A stretch of DNA of 64,000 nucleotides, from contig OY776215.1 of assembly GCA_963675495.1 (NCBI GenBank), forward strand, positions 480,001-544,000. The letters are read 5' to 3'. The translations under genes were made by a program, and so were the position numbers. The stretch comes from an uncultured Methanolobus sp. Its GTDB lineage: Archaea > Halobacteriota > Methanosarcinia > Methanosarcinales > Methanosarcinaceae. The notes under the pieces were generated by a model that made no database searches, was not told where the DNA came from, and saw only the letters and a list, made by a program, of their open reading frames with translations. Shown in pieces: positions 30,530 through 40,313 of the stretch. Each line of letters opens with the position of its first letter. Positions within the stretch are counted from its first letter, which is position 1.

Positions 30530-30714
30530 ATGTCAGTATACCCTTGCTCCCGAAGCTTGCAATCGCTTCTTTTATCGCATGAACCACATTTCCCCTGTAA
30601 AGATACAGCCGGGGCACTGGACCTGATTCGAGTATACTGTTTCCTTTTCTCCCTCGTTGATTTCCTCATGCGATGCTTGTAGTTATCTGCGAATATCGGA
30701 TTTGATGATTCCAT
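30511..30714 (-). CDS. Small basic Cys-rich hypothetical protein
   Basis: 67 aa, CGSC..C..C possible metal site. Confidence 0.45.
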   Translation of the reverse strand: MESSNPIFADNYKHRMRKSTREKRKQYTRIRSSAPAVSLQGKCGSCDKRSDCKLREQGYTDICKYLS

Positions 30715-31174
30715 GAATAGTGATTTGACTTGTGGATATAAGCTGATGAGCCAAGTAGAGTGAAAGTGATGTTCATTCCATCTGATGGATACTCATTTCA
30801 AGCACTGAAAACACTGCCAAATTCATCTCGAGAGGGGATATAATGACCATTGACGATACATTACACCTGAGTGACAATACAAGCTCTTAGAAACGAAATA
30901 TAAAGCACCACTTCGTTACTTTGTTTGTTAAATCCTCACTGGTATCACCTGTTGACAGTATCGAATGCTGTGGATGGTGAAGACAGGGTTTACATGTGTT
31001 GACAGTACGTACATAGTCATATCAAGTCAACATGCGCTGAATGTATCATCATAGGTTTGCGTGGTTCGCATGTGCGGATAGTGTGAACGATGTTGTTAGC
31101 ATGCTTTTAGATGATGAAGAGAGTGAGCATGACTATGAAAATAGATTTAAAATATGTTTCAAATCGATACATGG

Positions 31175-31318
31175 CTATACTATCGGCTTAAGGGCAAGGT
31201 AGCCTTGGACTTTGATTATCTCAAACATTTGTCCTTTCTTGTATCCCTCTAATTCCATGATATTTTTTGGCATTGTCAGTCTGTATTGACCGTTGAATTC
31301 CTGTAATGTAACTTTCAT
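31175..31318 (-). CDS. 47-aa AbrB/MazE/SpoVT-type DNA-binding protein (absent from the ORF track)
   Basis: MKVTLQEFNGQYRLTMPKNIMELEGYKKGQMFEIIKVQGYLALKPIV; AAGGTG RBS; swapped-hairpin pattern GQxxLTxPKxI..G.KKG. Confidence 0.8.
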   Translation of the reverse strand: MKVTLQEFNGQYRLTMPKNIMELEGYKKGQMFEIIKVQGYLALKPIV

Positions 31319-31339
31319 GATTTACACCTTTTAATATTA

Positions 31340-31370
31340 AGTACTAATATTAGTACTAAATTAAGTACTA
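31340..31370. promoter_or_regulatory. Three AGTACTA boxes at 12-bp period overlapping the promoter of the AbrB-like gene
   Basis: AGTACT at 31340, 31352 and 31364; 31340-31357 is a perfect 18-bp palindrome; adjacent TTTATA on the minus strand. Confidence 0.65.
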
Positions 31371-31463
31371 TAAATACATTTTATAGAATGTAAATCTTTC
31401 CAAAAACTAAAAATAGGGTTAAAATCAATTAGGAAACAGTGACTAAACCCTTTTTTACAATCG

Positions 31464-31479
31464 TTTATGCGTTATAAAC
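31464..31479. repeat. Right attachment core (attR), 16-bp direct repeat
   Basis: Identical to 3451-3466; 53 bp from the gatD stop. Confidence 0.88.
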
Positions 31480-31532
31480 CTAATTACTAAAAATGATAGT
31501 AATTTGCTCCTGTCAGGAACAAATATTAAGAT

Positions 31533-32813
31533 TCACTCACAGCTCCTTTCATTAATCTCGGACCTGATATTACTTTTTAGCATATCCAGTGCAGTATCAT
31601 AACTATCTGACTGCCCAAGTACCCACATCATCTTGACAAGAGCGACTTCAGGTAGCATATCCCCACCTTCGATTACACCGGCTTTCAATATGTCCCTGCC
31701 TGTGTCATAGACCCTGTCACATATCCGGCCATTAAGGCATTGGGAAGTGATTATCACAGGAATATTTTGTGATGCAGCTCTTTCTAACTGTGGTACCCAG
31801 TCAGTTGAAACATGACCAAGTCCAGTACCTTCGATAACTATGCCTTTGTAACCTGCATCAATGAAGTAGGCAAGTATATCAGGGCTTGACCCCGGAGTGA
31901 ACTTCACAAGAGCGCATTTCGGTTCAAGTGAATCACTAAGTTTTAGTTCCTTTTCCCCTCTTTTAACGTAAGGAAGTGACGCGAGAATTTCTCCAGTGGA
32001 ATAATCTACATAGCCGATTGGCTCGGAGTTTATAGACCGGAATGCATCCCTTCTGGATGTGTGCATCTTACGTACCTTGGTTGCACGATGAATTGAACAT
32101 TTATCGTCTGATGCTTCACTATGCATGACAACTGTAACCTCGGCAATGTCACTTACAGCAACCTTTGCAGCACATATTGCATTCATGGCATTGTCACTGC
32201 TTGGCCTGTCAGCACTTCTCTGTGAACCTACAAACACAATTGGCACAGGAGTATCTATCATAAATGACAATGCTGCGGCAGAGTACATCATAGTGTCAGT
32301 ACCATGGGCAATCATTATACCATCAGCACCATCTTTAATCTCTTCCACAACAGCCCGTGAAAGTTCCTGCCAGTACTCAGCCTTCATGTTCTCAGAAAGT
32401 ATATTGTAGATAGCCTTTCCACTGAAATTTGCGATCTCAGTAAGTTCAGGAATAGCCTGCAAAATATCATCTGCCGAGAACTGTGAGGTCACAGCGCCGG
32501 TCCTGTAATCGATCTTACTGGCAATAGTTCCTCCTGTGGATAGAATAGAAACTTTCGGAAGACCTTTTTTAGGTTTTATTTCCACTTCATCTGCAATTTT
32601 TGAGGAAACTTCCATATCCTCTTTTAGTTGTACCACTGAAACAGTAGCACCTCGTGGATCAATACCTGCATTGTAACCACTGACCATCTTGATCACAATA
32701 TGTCCGGTGGTGCTGGGCATTGCTATACCTTCATACTCAACACCATCTTTCTCAACCTTTACTCGGTCGCCTTCTTCAAATGTTCTGCTATGCAACATAC
32801 AATTCTTTGACAT
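31533..32813 (-). CDS. gatD: Glu-tRNA(Gln) amidotransferase subunit D
   Basis: N-terminal KMVSGYNAG domain, [43 protein letters not shown]. Confidence 0.96.
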   Translation of the reverse strand: MSKNCMLHSRTFEEGDRVKVEKDGVEYEGIAMPSTTGHIVIKMVSGYNAGIDPRGATVSVVQLKEDMEVSSKIADEVEIKPKKGLPKVSILSTGGTIASKIDYRTGAVTSQFSADDILQAIPELTEIANFSGKAIYNILSENMKAEYWQELSRAVVEEIKDGADGIMIAHGTDTMMYSAAALSFMIDTPVPIVFVGSQRSADRPSSDNAMNAICAAKVAVSDIAEVTVVMHSEASDDKCSIHRATKVRKMHTSRRDAFRSINSEPIGYVDYSTGEILASLPYVKRGEKELKLSDSLEPKCALVKFTPGSSPDILAYFIDAGYKGIVIEGTGLGHVSTDWVPQLERAASQNIPVIITSQCLNGRICDRVYDTGRDILKAGVIEGGDMLPEVALVKMMWVLGQSDSYDTALDMLKSNIRSEINERSCE

Positions 32814-32838
32814 GATATCCCTTCAATGATAACGATAA

Positions 32839-34323
32839 TTATTTTCCCTGCTGATCAATACATTCCTGCGCTGCTGCAAATAATCGATCAAGAGAATTCT
32901 CGATCCTGTTGTTCAACTCAGCTATTGCAAACTTCTCTTCTTCAAGAATATCTTCACGTGCAGCGATCGCCCTGCTGATCTCATCCGGGGCTGGGCCGCC
33001 AGTCACACTTCTCTTATCAATATTCAGTATTGGATCCAGAGCTTCAGTGATCATCTCTGCAGTCAGGCCTCTGGAACTTAGACTTTCACCGAGAACATCC
33101 TGTGCGACTTCATCGATCTCAGCAAGAGAAGGATTTCCGTCACCCTTTGCAAGAACTCCAACTATCTGATGTGCGGTCCTGAATGGAATCCCAGCCCCCC
33201 TTACCATTGTGTCAGCAAGTTCTGTAGCAGTTGTGAAACCTGTACTTGATTGTGCTGCCATGACCTCAGCATTCACCTTCATAGTCCCGATCATTCCTGC
33301 CATGATACGAACAGCACTTCGAGTCGTTTCAACTGAACGCCATGCATTTGGAGTGGCTTCCTGAAGGTCTCGGTTATAGCTTAGTGGAAGACCTTTGCAA
33401 ATGGTCAAAAGTGTCATAAGAGAACCCACAGCAACACCTGATTTACCTCGCATGAGTTCGGCAGTATCAGGATTTTTCTTCTGGGGCATAATTGATGATG
33501 TAGAAGCATACATATCATCTAATTCTATGAAATTGAATTCTGTACTGGACCATATAACGATCTCCTCTGCCATCTTACTGAGATTTATCATGATATTGGC
33601 CATCACAGAAGCGGATTCTATTAGAAAATCACGGCTGCTCACAGCATCCATTGAATTTTCAATAATTCCTCCAAAACCAAGAAGAGAACAAGTTCGTTCC
33701 CTGTTCAGATCAAAACCAGTTGATGCAAAAGCTGCTGCTCCAAGAGGGCTTTTATTTACCCTTGAAAATGCATCTGAAACACGGGCTGTATCCCTTGACA
33801 GAGCATCAGAATGTGCGATCAGATGATGAGCCAATGTTGTTGGTTGTGCATGTTGCAGGTGTGTAAAACCCGGCATAAGAGTATTTATGTTATCTGCAGC
33901 TTTATCGATAAGAGAAGCACGCAATGCAGTCAGCTCTTCCATAAGAGAAAGCAACTCATCCCTTAATCTGATCCTCATACAAGTTGCAACTTCATCATTG
34001 CGGGAGCGACCAGAATGCATTCTGCCACCTACCTCTTCACCGACCATGTCAATAAGTCTGGCCTCAAGTGAGATATGAATATCTTCATAACTATAGTCAA
34101 GAGCCTCTATTCCTTCACCTTTAATCTTTAAAAGACCCTGAAGAATAGCACTGCAATCTTCTTCCTTGATAATTCCCTGCTCTTTTAGCATGATGCTATG
34201 TGCCATATCCACCAGAACATCAGCCTCAAATATCCATTTGTCAGCTGCCATTGAAGATGTAAAATCCATTATATCCTTATCAGGAGTGGAAGACAGGCGC
34301 CCTCTGCGTAAAATATCGCTCAT
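32839..34323 (-). CDS. argH: Argininosuccinate lyase
   Basis: GRSRNDEVAT, PGFTHLQHAQP, SSIMPQKKNPD, YNRDLQE. Confidence 0.97.
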   Translation of the reverse strand: MSDILRRGRLSSTPDKDIMDFTSSMAADKWIFEADVLVDMAHSIMLKEQGIIKEEDCSAILQGLLKIKGEGIEALDYSYEDIHISLEARLIDMVGEEVGGRMHSGRSRNDEVATCMRIRLRDELLSLMEELTALRASLIDKAADNINTLMPGFTHLQHAQPTTLAHHLIAHSDALSRDTARVSDAFSRVNKSPLGAAAFASTGFDLNRERTCSLLGFGGIIENSMDAVSSRDFLIESASVMANIMINLSKMAEEIVIWSSTEFNFIELDDMYASTSSIMPQKKNPDTAELMRGKSGVAVGSLMTLLTICKGLPLSYNRDLQEATPNAWRSVETTRSAVRIMAGMIGTMKVNAEVMAAQSSTGFTTATELADTMVRGAGIPFRTAHQIVGVLAKGDGNPSLAEIDEVAQDVLGESLSSRGLTAEMITEALDPILNIDKRSVTGGPAPDEISRAIAAREDILEEEKFAIAELNNRIENSLDRLFAAAQECIDQQGK

Positions 34324-34538
34324 TTGAACCCTCGTGATTATAAAACATAGTAAAAAGTAATCCTGATTTGTAGCGTGCTATTGGTCTAAATACTTAAATA
34401 AGAATCGGTTTTTTAGACGTTCACAAACCATTTGCAGCATCCTTACAACTTAAGAGAATCTGTATATACTATTTACAATATAATAACACAAACATATAAT
34501 CAGTTGATTCATAAAGCAATCAATATTGAGGAAATGAA

Positions 34539-35381
34539 ATGAGAACAAGAAACATGTACTTCTTCATCCTGCTTATCTTTCTGTCAATTGTAGCAGGAGG
34601 GTGTATCAGTGAAGATAATGAAAACACCGAATCTGTGAATCAGGCTGCAGGTATCGATAATAAATCAAGTGATTTGGAAAACGATACATTATATCAGTTC
34701 TCTATAATAGATGCTCTCCTTGAAGGCGTATATGACGGAGAAATAAGCTGTGCAGAGCTCAAAGAAAAAGGTGACTTCGGACTTGGAACATTTGACAAAC
34801 TTGACGGGGAAATGCTGGAACTTGATGGCATAATCTATCAGGTCAAAGCAGATGGCCAGATATATGAAGTCGAAGATTCCGTAACATCACCTTTTGCAGC
34901 TGTCACTTTCTTTGAGACTGACATCGAAGATACAATAGATGAGCAAATGAACAGCCAGCAGTTAGCAGAACACATTAAAGCACTTTTCCCAGGCCAGAAT
35001 GTAATGTATGCTGTAAAGATAACAGGCAAGTTCGACTACATGAAAACACGTAGTGTAGCAGCACAGGAAAAACCTTATCCCAGACTTGTTGAAGTAACTA
35101 AGGATCAGTCTGTTTTCGAGTTCAATGATACTGAAGGCACAATAATCGGATACTGGATGCCTGAATACGTTGATGGCATAAATGTACCGGGTTATCACCT
35201 GCACTTCATCACACAGGACAGGACAGGAGGCGGACATATACTGGATTATACAATCAGTTCAGGAAATGTAGAAATAGACAGTACAGATAATTTCTATCTG
35301 GAGCTTCCAACAAACAATAATTATCTTAGCAAAGGTCTTTCACAGGACACAGAAGGTGAACTTGAAGAAGCTGAAAATTGA
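34539..35381 (+). CDS. budA: Alpha-acetolactate decarboxylase family protein with lipoprotein signal
   Basis: GDFGLGTFDKLDGEM, PFAAVTFF, GYHLHFI..GGHILD zinc ligands; N-terminal hydrophobic stretch + AGGC lipobox. Confidence 0.85.
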   Translation: MRTRNMYFFILLIFLSIVAGGCISEDNENTESVNQAAGIDNKSSDLENDTLYQFSIIDALLEGVYDGEISCAELKEKGDFGLGTFDKLDGEMLELDGIIYQVKADGQIYEVEDSVTSPFAAVTFFETDIEDTIDEQMNSQQLAEHIKALFPGQNVMYAVKITGKFDYMKTRSVAAQEKPYPRLVEVTKDQSVFEFNDTEGTIIGYWMPEYVDGINVPGYHLHFITQDRTGGGHILDYTISSGNVEIDSTDNFYLELPTNNNYLSKGLSQDTEGELEEAEN

Positions 35382-37270
35382 GCTTGCCTTAAAGGGACAC
35401 GCACATGAACTTTTGTCCCCTTCCCTTCTTTACTTTCAATCCATATTTTTCCATCGTGGTTTTCCACAATTATTTTGCTTATGTAAAGCCCAAGACCATT
35501 CCCACCATAATTCCTGGTTGATGAACTATCTATCTGATAGAATTTCTGGAACAGGTTTTGAAGATCCTTTTCGGAAATACCAATGCCAGTATCTTCTATT
35601 ACCACATGGACCTCCTTATGCTCTTTAAATGCCAAGAGATGGATCGCCCCATGATCAGGTGTGAATTTTATTGCGTTATCCATCAAACTGGTGAATACCT
35701 GAGGAAGATAGGTCCTGTCAGCATCAATTAAACATGTTTCAAAATCAACATCTGTGTGAATATGCATGTTTTTCTCTTTGATCGTATCAAAGAAAAGGTT
35801 CACAATGTTAGTTAGAAGAGAAGAAAGCTCGATCTGCTCGAAATTGTACCTTATAGTTCCGTTCTGGTTAGTACTTACAAAAAGCAGGGAATCAATCAAA
35901 TTCTGCAGCTTGCTTGATTTTGTCACAACACGCCCAATCGCATCCATTTGTCCATCGTTCAGTGAACCGAGAGTACCATCATACAAAAGCTCGCTGAATC
36001 CTTTTATGGAAGTAAGCGGTGTGTTAAGTTCATGTCGCAGGTTAGAAAGGAATTCATCCTTGAGCTGGTCAAGAGACTTTAACTCCTCATATGCCCGTTC
36101 TAATTCACTTGTTGACTGCTTTAAGGCATCCTCTGTTTCCTTGCGTTCGGTAATGTCACGTATGTGGCTCACAGCCATTATTACATCACCTTTTGTATCA
36201 TAGACAGGGAATATACGGAAATCCCTCACTTTGTTGTTAACGGAGTCAATGTGCTCGAATTCTTTCATGCTGCCTGTTGAGAAAACATCCTTTACAGGAC
36301 AGGGGTCACAAGGCATCAGATTATGGGTAAAACAGTCATAGATCTGTGGATGCATTTCTTCACTCTGCGGAGGAGAGATTATGTCACTCTTCCAGTTGCT
36401 GGTAACGATCTTCATTTCTCTGTCCACAACAACAATAAGGTCCTGCAAGGCATTGAAAGTGCTTGTTAGAAGTTCTTTCTGGTTTTGTAATTCTTCTTCT
36501 GAATTCTTGTTTGAGGTTACATCAGCAATAAGACCGATGCCACCATCTATAGTATTGTCTTTTGACCTCAAAGGAACATAATAAGATTTCAGATAGATCT
36601 CCCTGCCTGATACCCGTGCAGAGTATTCATTTTCATAAAATGGACTTGAAGACTCCAAATATCCGGCAAGAAGCTGATTTAAACGGTCATCATTTACAAA
36701 ATCAAAAATCTCTGCACCTACAACATCATTTTTTGAAACTCCAAAGATGTTGAGGAAACTTCTGTTGCAGTGGCTTATAGTCCCCTGTTGATCCATAAAT
36801 ATCCCAAGGGGAGAAACATCGAATATCATCCTGTATCTTTTCTCAGAATTAAGAAGAGCCTCTTCTACATGTTTTCTTTCTATAACTTTACAGAGACGTG
36901 ATGTTATTACATTCAGTAACCGTTGCTCATCTTCCAGAAATGGACCAATATCATGTAAAGGGCATTCCTCACGGTAAGATACACTAAGAAAACCACGTTT
37001 ATTGCCATGAACTATAATATTACTGGACAAGGATTGCTTGTTCTTTTCAAACATACTTGTTTGGTATAATTCCCCATCCAGACCTATACAAGACTCAGCA
37101 AGTTCAGCATAAATAAAAGCTGGTGGCAGTCTTTGTATTATACCTTTTAGAAGGGACTCGAGCGGTACATGCAGATCGAACAGATCTGATATACTATAGA
37201 TACATTCAAGTTCCCTTTCCCTCTTTTTCATAATGTCTATTTTTTCTTCGAAAGTAATGATCCACACCAC
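35321..37270 (-). CDS. Cytoplasmic PAS-domain sensor histidine kinase
   Basis: Two PAS-like segments, H-box RHELNTPL, N-box DNAIKFT, G1 DTGIGI, G2 GNGLGL; start possibly 37231. Confidence 0.92.
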   Translation of the reverse strand: MVWIITFEEKIDIMKKRERELECIYSISDLFDLHVPLESLLKGIIQRLPPAFIYAELAESCIGLDGELYQTSMFEKNKQSLSSNIIVHGNKRGFLSVSYREECPLHDIGPFLEDEQRLLNVITSRLCKVIERKHVEEALLNSEKRYRMIFDVSPLGIFMDQQGTISHCNRSFLNIFGVSKNDVVGAEIFDFVNDDRLNQLLAGYLESSSPFYENEYSARVSGREIYLKSYYVPLRSKDNTIDGGIGLIADVTSNKNSEEELQNQKELLTSTFNALQDLIVVVDREMKIVTSNWKSDIISPPQSEEMHPQIYDCFTHNLMPCDPCPVKDVFSTGSMKEFEHIDSVNNKVRDFRIFPVYDTKGDVIMAVSHIRDITERKETEDALKQSTSELERAYEELKSLDQLKDEFLSNLRHELNTPLTSIKGFSELLYDGTLGSLNDGQMDAIGRVVTKSSKLQNLIDSLLFVSTNQNGTIRYNFEQIELSSLLTNIVNLFFDTIKEKNMHIHTDVDFETCLIDADRTYLPQVFTSLMDNAIKFTPDHGAIHLLAFKEHKEVHVVIEDTGIGISEKDLQNLFQKFYQIDSSSTRNYGGNGLGLYISKIIVENHDGKIWIESKEGKGTKVHVRVPLRQAQFSASSSSPSVSCERPLLR

Positions 37271-37452
37271 ATATTGATTAAAAATATAATATTGTAATTT
37301 ATATTATTAATATTAATAGATTTTGTTTGGACATAACTTTTCAAATACCCGGAAAGAAATTGCTTATACTATGCTATTAAATAGATAGGAATCCATAAAT
37401 GAGTTCCATAAATGCCATATGGCACAAAAATGATTGGATAATAGGTGAATAA

Positions 37453-38610
37453 ATGTATTCTGACAGGATAAACTCATTGCCCCCGTATTTGTTTGCAACA
37501 ATAGACGAGTCTAAAGCAGCTATGAAAGCAAAAGGAGTAGATGTTATAGACCTGGGAGTCGGTGACCCGGACCAGCCAACACCTGCCCATATTGTTGATT
37601 CAATGTGCGAAGCTGTGCGCAACCCTGAAACTCACAAATACCCTTCATACGCAGGAATGCCTGCCTTCAGGAAAGCTGCTGCTGACTGGTGTAAAGAAAG
37701 CAGAGGACTGGATTTAGACCCTGCATCTGAGGCTCTTACCTTTATCGGATCAAAAGAAGGTATTGCACATATACCACTTGCTTTTATCAACCCGGGTGAT
37801 ATAGCACTTTGCCCGGATCCCGCATATCCCGTATACAAAATAGGAACAGAGTTCGCTGGTGGAGAAGCCCATATTATGCCGCTTCTCGAAGAAAATGGCT
37901 TCCTGCCTGATCTGGATGCAATTCCAAAGGACAAACTTGAAAAAGCAAAGTTGATGTTCCTGAACTATCCAAATAACCCAACAGCAGCAATTGCTGATAA
38001 CAAGTTCTTTGAAGAGGTTGTACAGTTTGCACGCGATAATGATATCGTTGTCGTACATGACAATGCTTACTCTGAAATGACCTACGATAACTACAAGGCA
38101 CCAAGTTTTTTGAGTGTCGACGGCGCAATGGACGTGGGAATTGAGATCTACTCCCTTTCCAAGACATATAATATGACAGGATGGAGACTTGCCTTTGCAG
38201 TTGGTAACAAACAAATAATATCCGGTATCGGAAAGGTCAAATCCAATGTGGACTCGGGGGCTTTCGACGCTATCCAGATGGCAGGTATTACAGCGCTTAG
38301 CAGCTCCCAGCAATGTGTTTCAGACATGAATCAGATCTATGTGAAAAGAAGAGATACCCTGTTAAAAGGACTTCACGAACTGGGACTTGATGTCAAGCCA
38401 CCTAAAGCAACATTCTACGTATGGGCACCTGTCCCTGATGGCTATGATTCAGTAGGATTTGCAAAACTGCTGCTTGAGACCGCAGGAATTGTGGCAACGC
38501 CTGGCGTTGGATTTGGAACTTACGGTGAAGGCTACATAAGGTTTGCACTTACACGCTCAGTTGAGAGAATTGATGAAGCAGTAGAAAGGATGAGCAAATT
38601 AAATATATAA
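37453..38610 (+). CDS. dapL: LL-diaminopimelate aminotransferase
   Basis: [41 protein letters not shown] lysine motif. Confidence 0.9.
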   Translation: MYSDRINSLPPYLFATIDESKAAMKAKGVDVIDLGVGDPDQPTPAHIVDSMCEAVRNPETHKYPSYAGMPAFRKAAADWCKESRGLDLDPASEALTFIGSKEGIAHIPLAFINPGDIALCPDPAYPVYKIGTEFAGGEAHIMPLLEENGFLPDLDAIPKDKLEKAKLMFLNYPNNPTAAIADNKFFEEVVQFARDNDIVVVHDNAYSEMTYDNYKAPSFLSVDGAMDVGIEIYSLSKTYNMTGWRLAFAVGNKQIISGIGKVKSNVDSGAFDAIQMAGITALSSSQQCVSDMNQIYVKRRDTLLKGLHELGLDVKPPKATFYVWAPVPDGYDSVGFAKLLLETAGIVATPGVGFGTYGEGYIRFALTRSVERIDEAVERMSKLNI

Positions 38611-38868
38611 TGTTGCTTACCTTTTCCTCTATCTTTTTTATCCTTAGTTTTTTTTATTTTTAGCTTAACAGTACAATTAGTATCCCCATTATCGAAGAGA
38701 GATATCTATTTAGACTGAACAGCCAAATAAGGAGTATATATAAGTATATAATATAAAAATAAAATATATATTTAAATTGTATTTATGTTGCTGAAAATAA
38801 ATATATGAACATAACTCCCTAAAATAACTACATTCCACCAATATACATGAGCACACTTCTATGCAGGT

Positions 38869-39264
38869 ATGCTCTCCAAAAACATCAATAAAGAGTGGTT
38901 GCGTACAGAAGAGATATCAGACTTCCTGCATGATGCCAGATACATAATCCTGCTTTACATAGCAGGAGATTTCCTGACTACATTCCATGCACTCAACAAC
39001 GGATACGGGTTTGAGGAAAATGGTTTGCTTTCAGGCATAATGGCAGATAATGGGATCTGGTCATTGCTACTTATTAAAATGCTTATCCTGCTTGTAATAT
39101 ACTGGAATTACAGAGCAATAAAGACATCCGTACATTCCTATGCAAAGAAACTATGGGACTTTTCCAGAACAGGGATCAGTCTTTTCGGACTTATACTTGT
39201 GATCAATAACATGATGGTAATTCTTGTAAGATTAAGCCTGTTCGAGTACCTGGGCCTCTCCTGA
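38869..39264 (+). CDS. Small membrane protein (DUF5658-like)
   Basis: GDFLTT..G.EEN..K..NN pattern with about three TM helices. Confidence 0.65.
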   Translation: MLSKNINKEWLRTEEISDFLHDARYIILLYIAGDFLTTFHALNNGYGFEENGLLSGIMADNGIWSLLLIKMLILLVIYWNYRAIKTSVHSYAKKLWDFSRTGISLFGLILVINNMMVILVRLSLFEYLGLS

Positions 39265-40263
39265 AAGAGACTCTTTTAGATCAGTGGCTTTCATGTTTAT
39301 CACCATTTCAGCAATATCAGAACTATATTCAGCAATACGATGGAAGCTTGCAATTATTTTTCTTTTTCGTTCACCAGAAAGACAGTAGGTTTCCCCGGAA
39401 ACTTCAGACTTCTGACTAATCTTGTTACCAAGTGTAGAGATCATTCTGGATGTCCTTATTACATGGTTGGCAAGGTCAGTATTCATTTCCAGTAGAGACC
39501 TGAAGGAATCCTGGAATAGCTTCTGGGAAAGCAATCCCATCTCAACTACATCCTTATTTTCTTCGCTGTTACCGTCCATCTGAATAACAGTATTTGCTAT
39601 TTCCTGAACGTGATCACCTATACGTTCCATCAATTTAATGATCAAGCGATATCCAAGACAATCCTTGGAGTTCTCTATACCTATTTTCCGGGCAAGGTTT
39701 GAATCATCAAGAGCTGCTTTTATCTGCCTGACGCTTAATAGATAGAATTTATCAACATCATTATCCCTCTGGGCGATATCTCTGGCAAGTTCGATATCAA
39801 CTTCCCTCAAAGCAACAATTGAATCTTCCATCATGGAAAAAATAATACGGAACATGCTTTGCAGGGATTTTTCCAGGGTTATATCCTGGAACTTCAGAAG
39901 ATTTTGAAGTACTACTTCTGTCCTGGATTCTTCAACTATCTCAATTCCGATGAGACGTTTGCGTGCGGAATCCTTGAGATATTTGCGCTCAGCTGCCGTA
40001 AAACCTCTAGAAGAAACAACACGGATAATATCATATCCAACAAGATAATTCGCAACAAGGAATCTGAAATTCTCCTCTTGGTCGTCAGAAATGGTCATTT
40101 CTACCATTGAACGACGAGCCAGTTTCTTGTTACCTGAATCAGGAGTTATAGATAGCGAACGGTCTGGTTTTATATTAAGGAGAACAGTATCTCCTGCACC
40201 AAGTCCGCCCTCCCTTACCCACTCAATAGGAAGGGAAACTATGTATGTCGAACCGCCTGTCAA
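39232..40263 (-). CDS. phoU: Phosphate uptake regulator, AbrB-PhoU-PhoU
   Basis: (RKIQL)TGGSTYIVSLP AbrB domain, RDNDVDKFY, ERIGDH, RIAEYSSDIAE; homology extends 5' of the TTG start. Confidence 0.9.
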   Translation of the reverse strand: MTGGSTYIVSLPIEWVREGGLGAGDTVLLNIKPDRSLSITPDSGNKKLARRSMVEMTISDDQEENFRFLVANYLVGYDIIRVVSSRGFTAAERKYLKDSARKRLIGIEIVEESRTEVVLQNLLKFQDITLEKSLQSMFRIIFSMMEDSIVALREVDIELARDIAQRDNDVDKFYLLSVRQIKAALDDSNLARKIGIENSKDCLGYRLIIKLMERIGDHVQEIANTVIQMDGNSEENKDVVEMGLLSQKLFQDSFRSLLEMNTDLANHVIRTSRMISTLGNKISQKSEVSGETYCLSGERKRKIIASFHRIAEYSSDIAEMVINMKATDLKESLSGEAQVLEQA

Positions 40264-40313
40264 CTGAATCTTTCTTTTATGAGATATGTATATCCATCCT
40301 TTATTTTGTGATC

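Larger units (their letters stand above)
3451..31479. mobile_element. ~28 kb integrative element / defence island inserted between gatD and aspS
   Basis: Flanking 16-bp direct repeats, integrase at the left edge, replication-like and defence genes, AT-rich cargo; housekeeping genes resume on both sides in the same orientation. Confidence 0.9.

Noticed and set aside
30742-30790. Hammerhead-like CTGATGA...GAAA
   Set aside because: Stem II is only about 2 bp and stem I cannot form; likely chance
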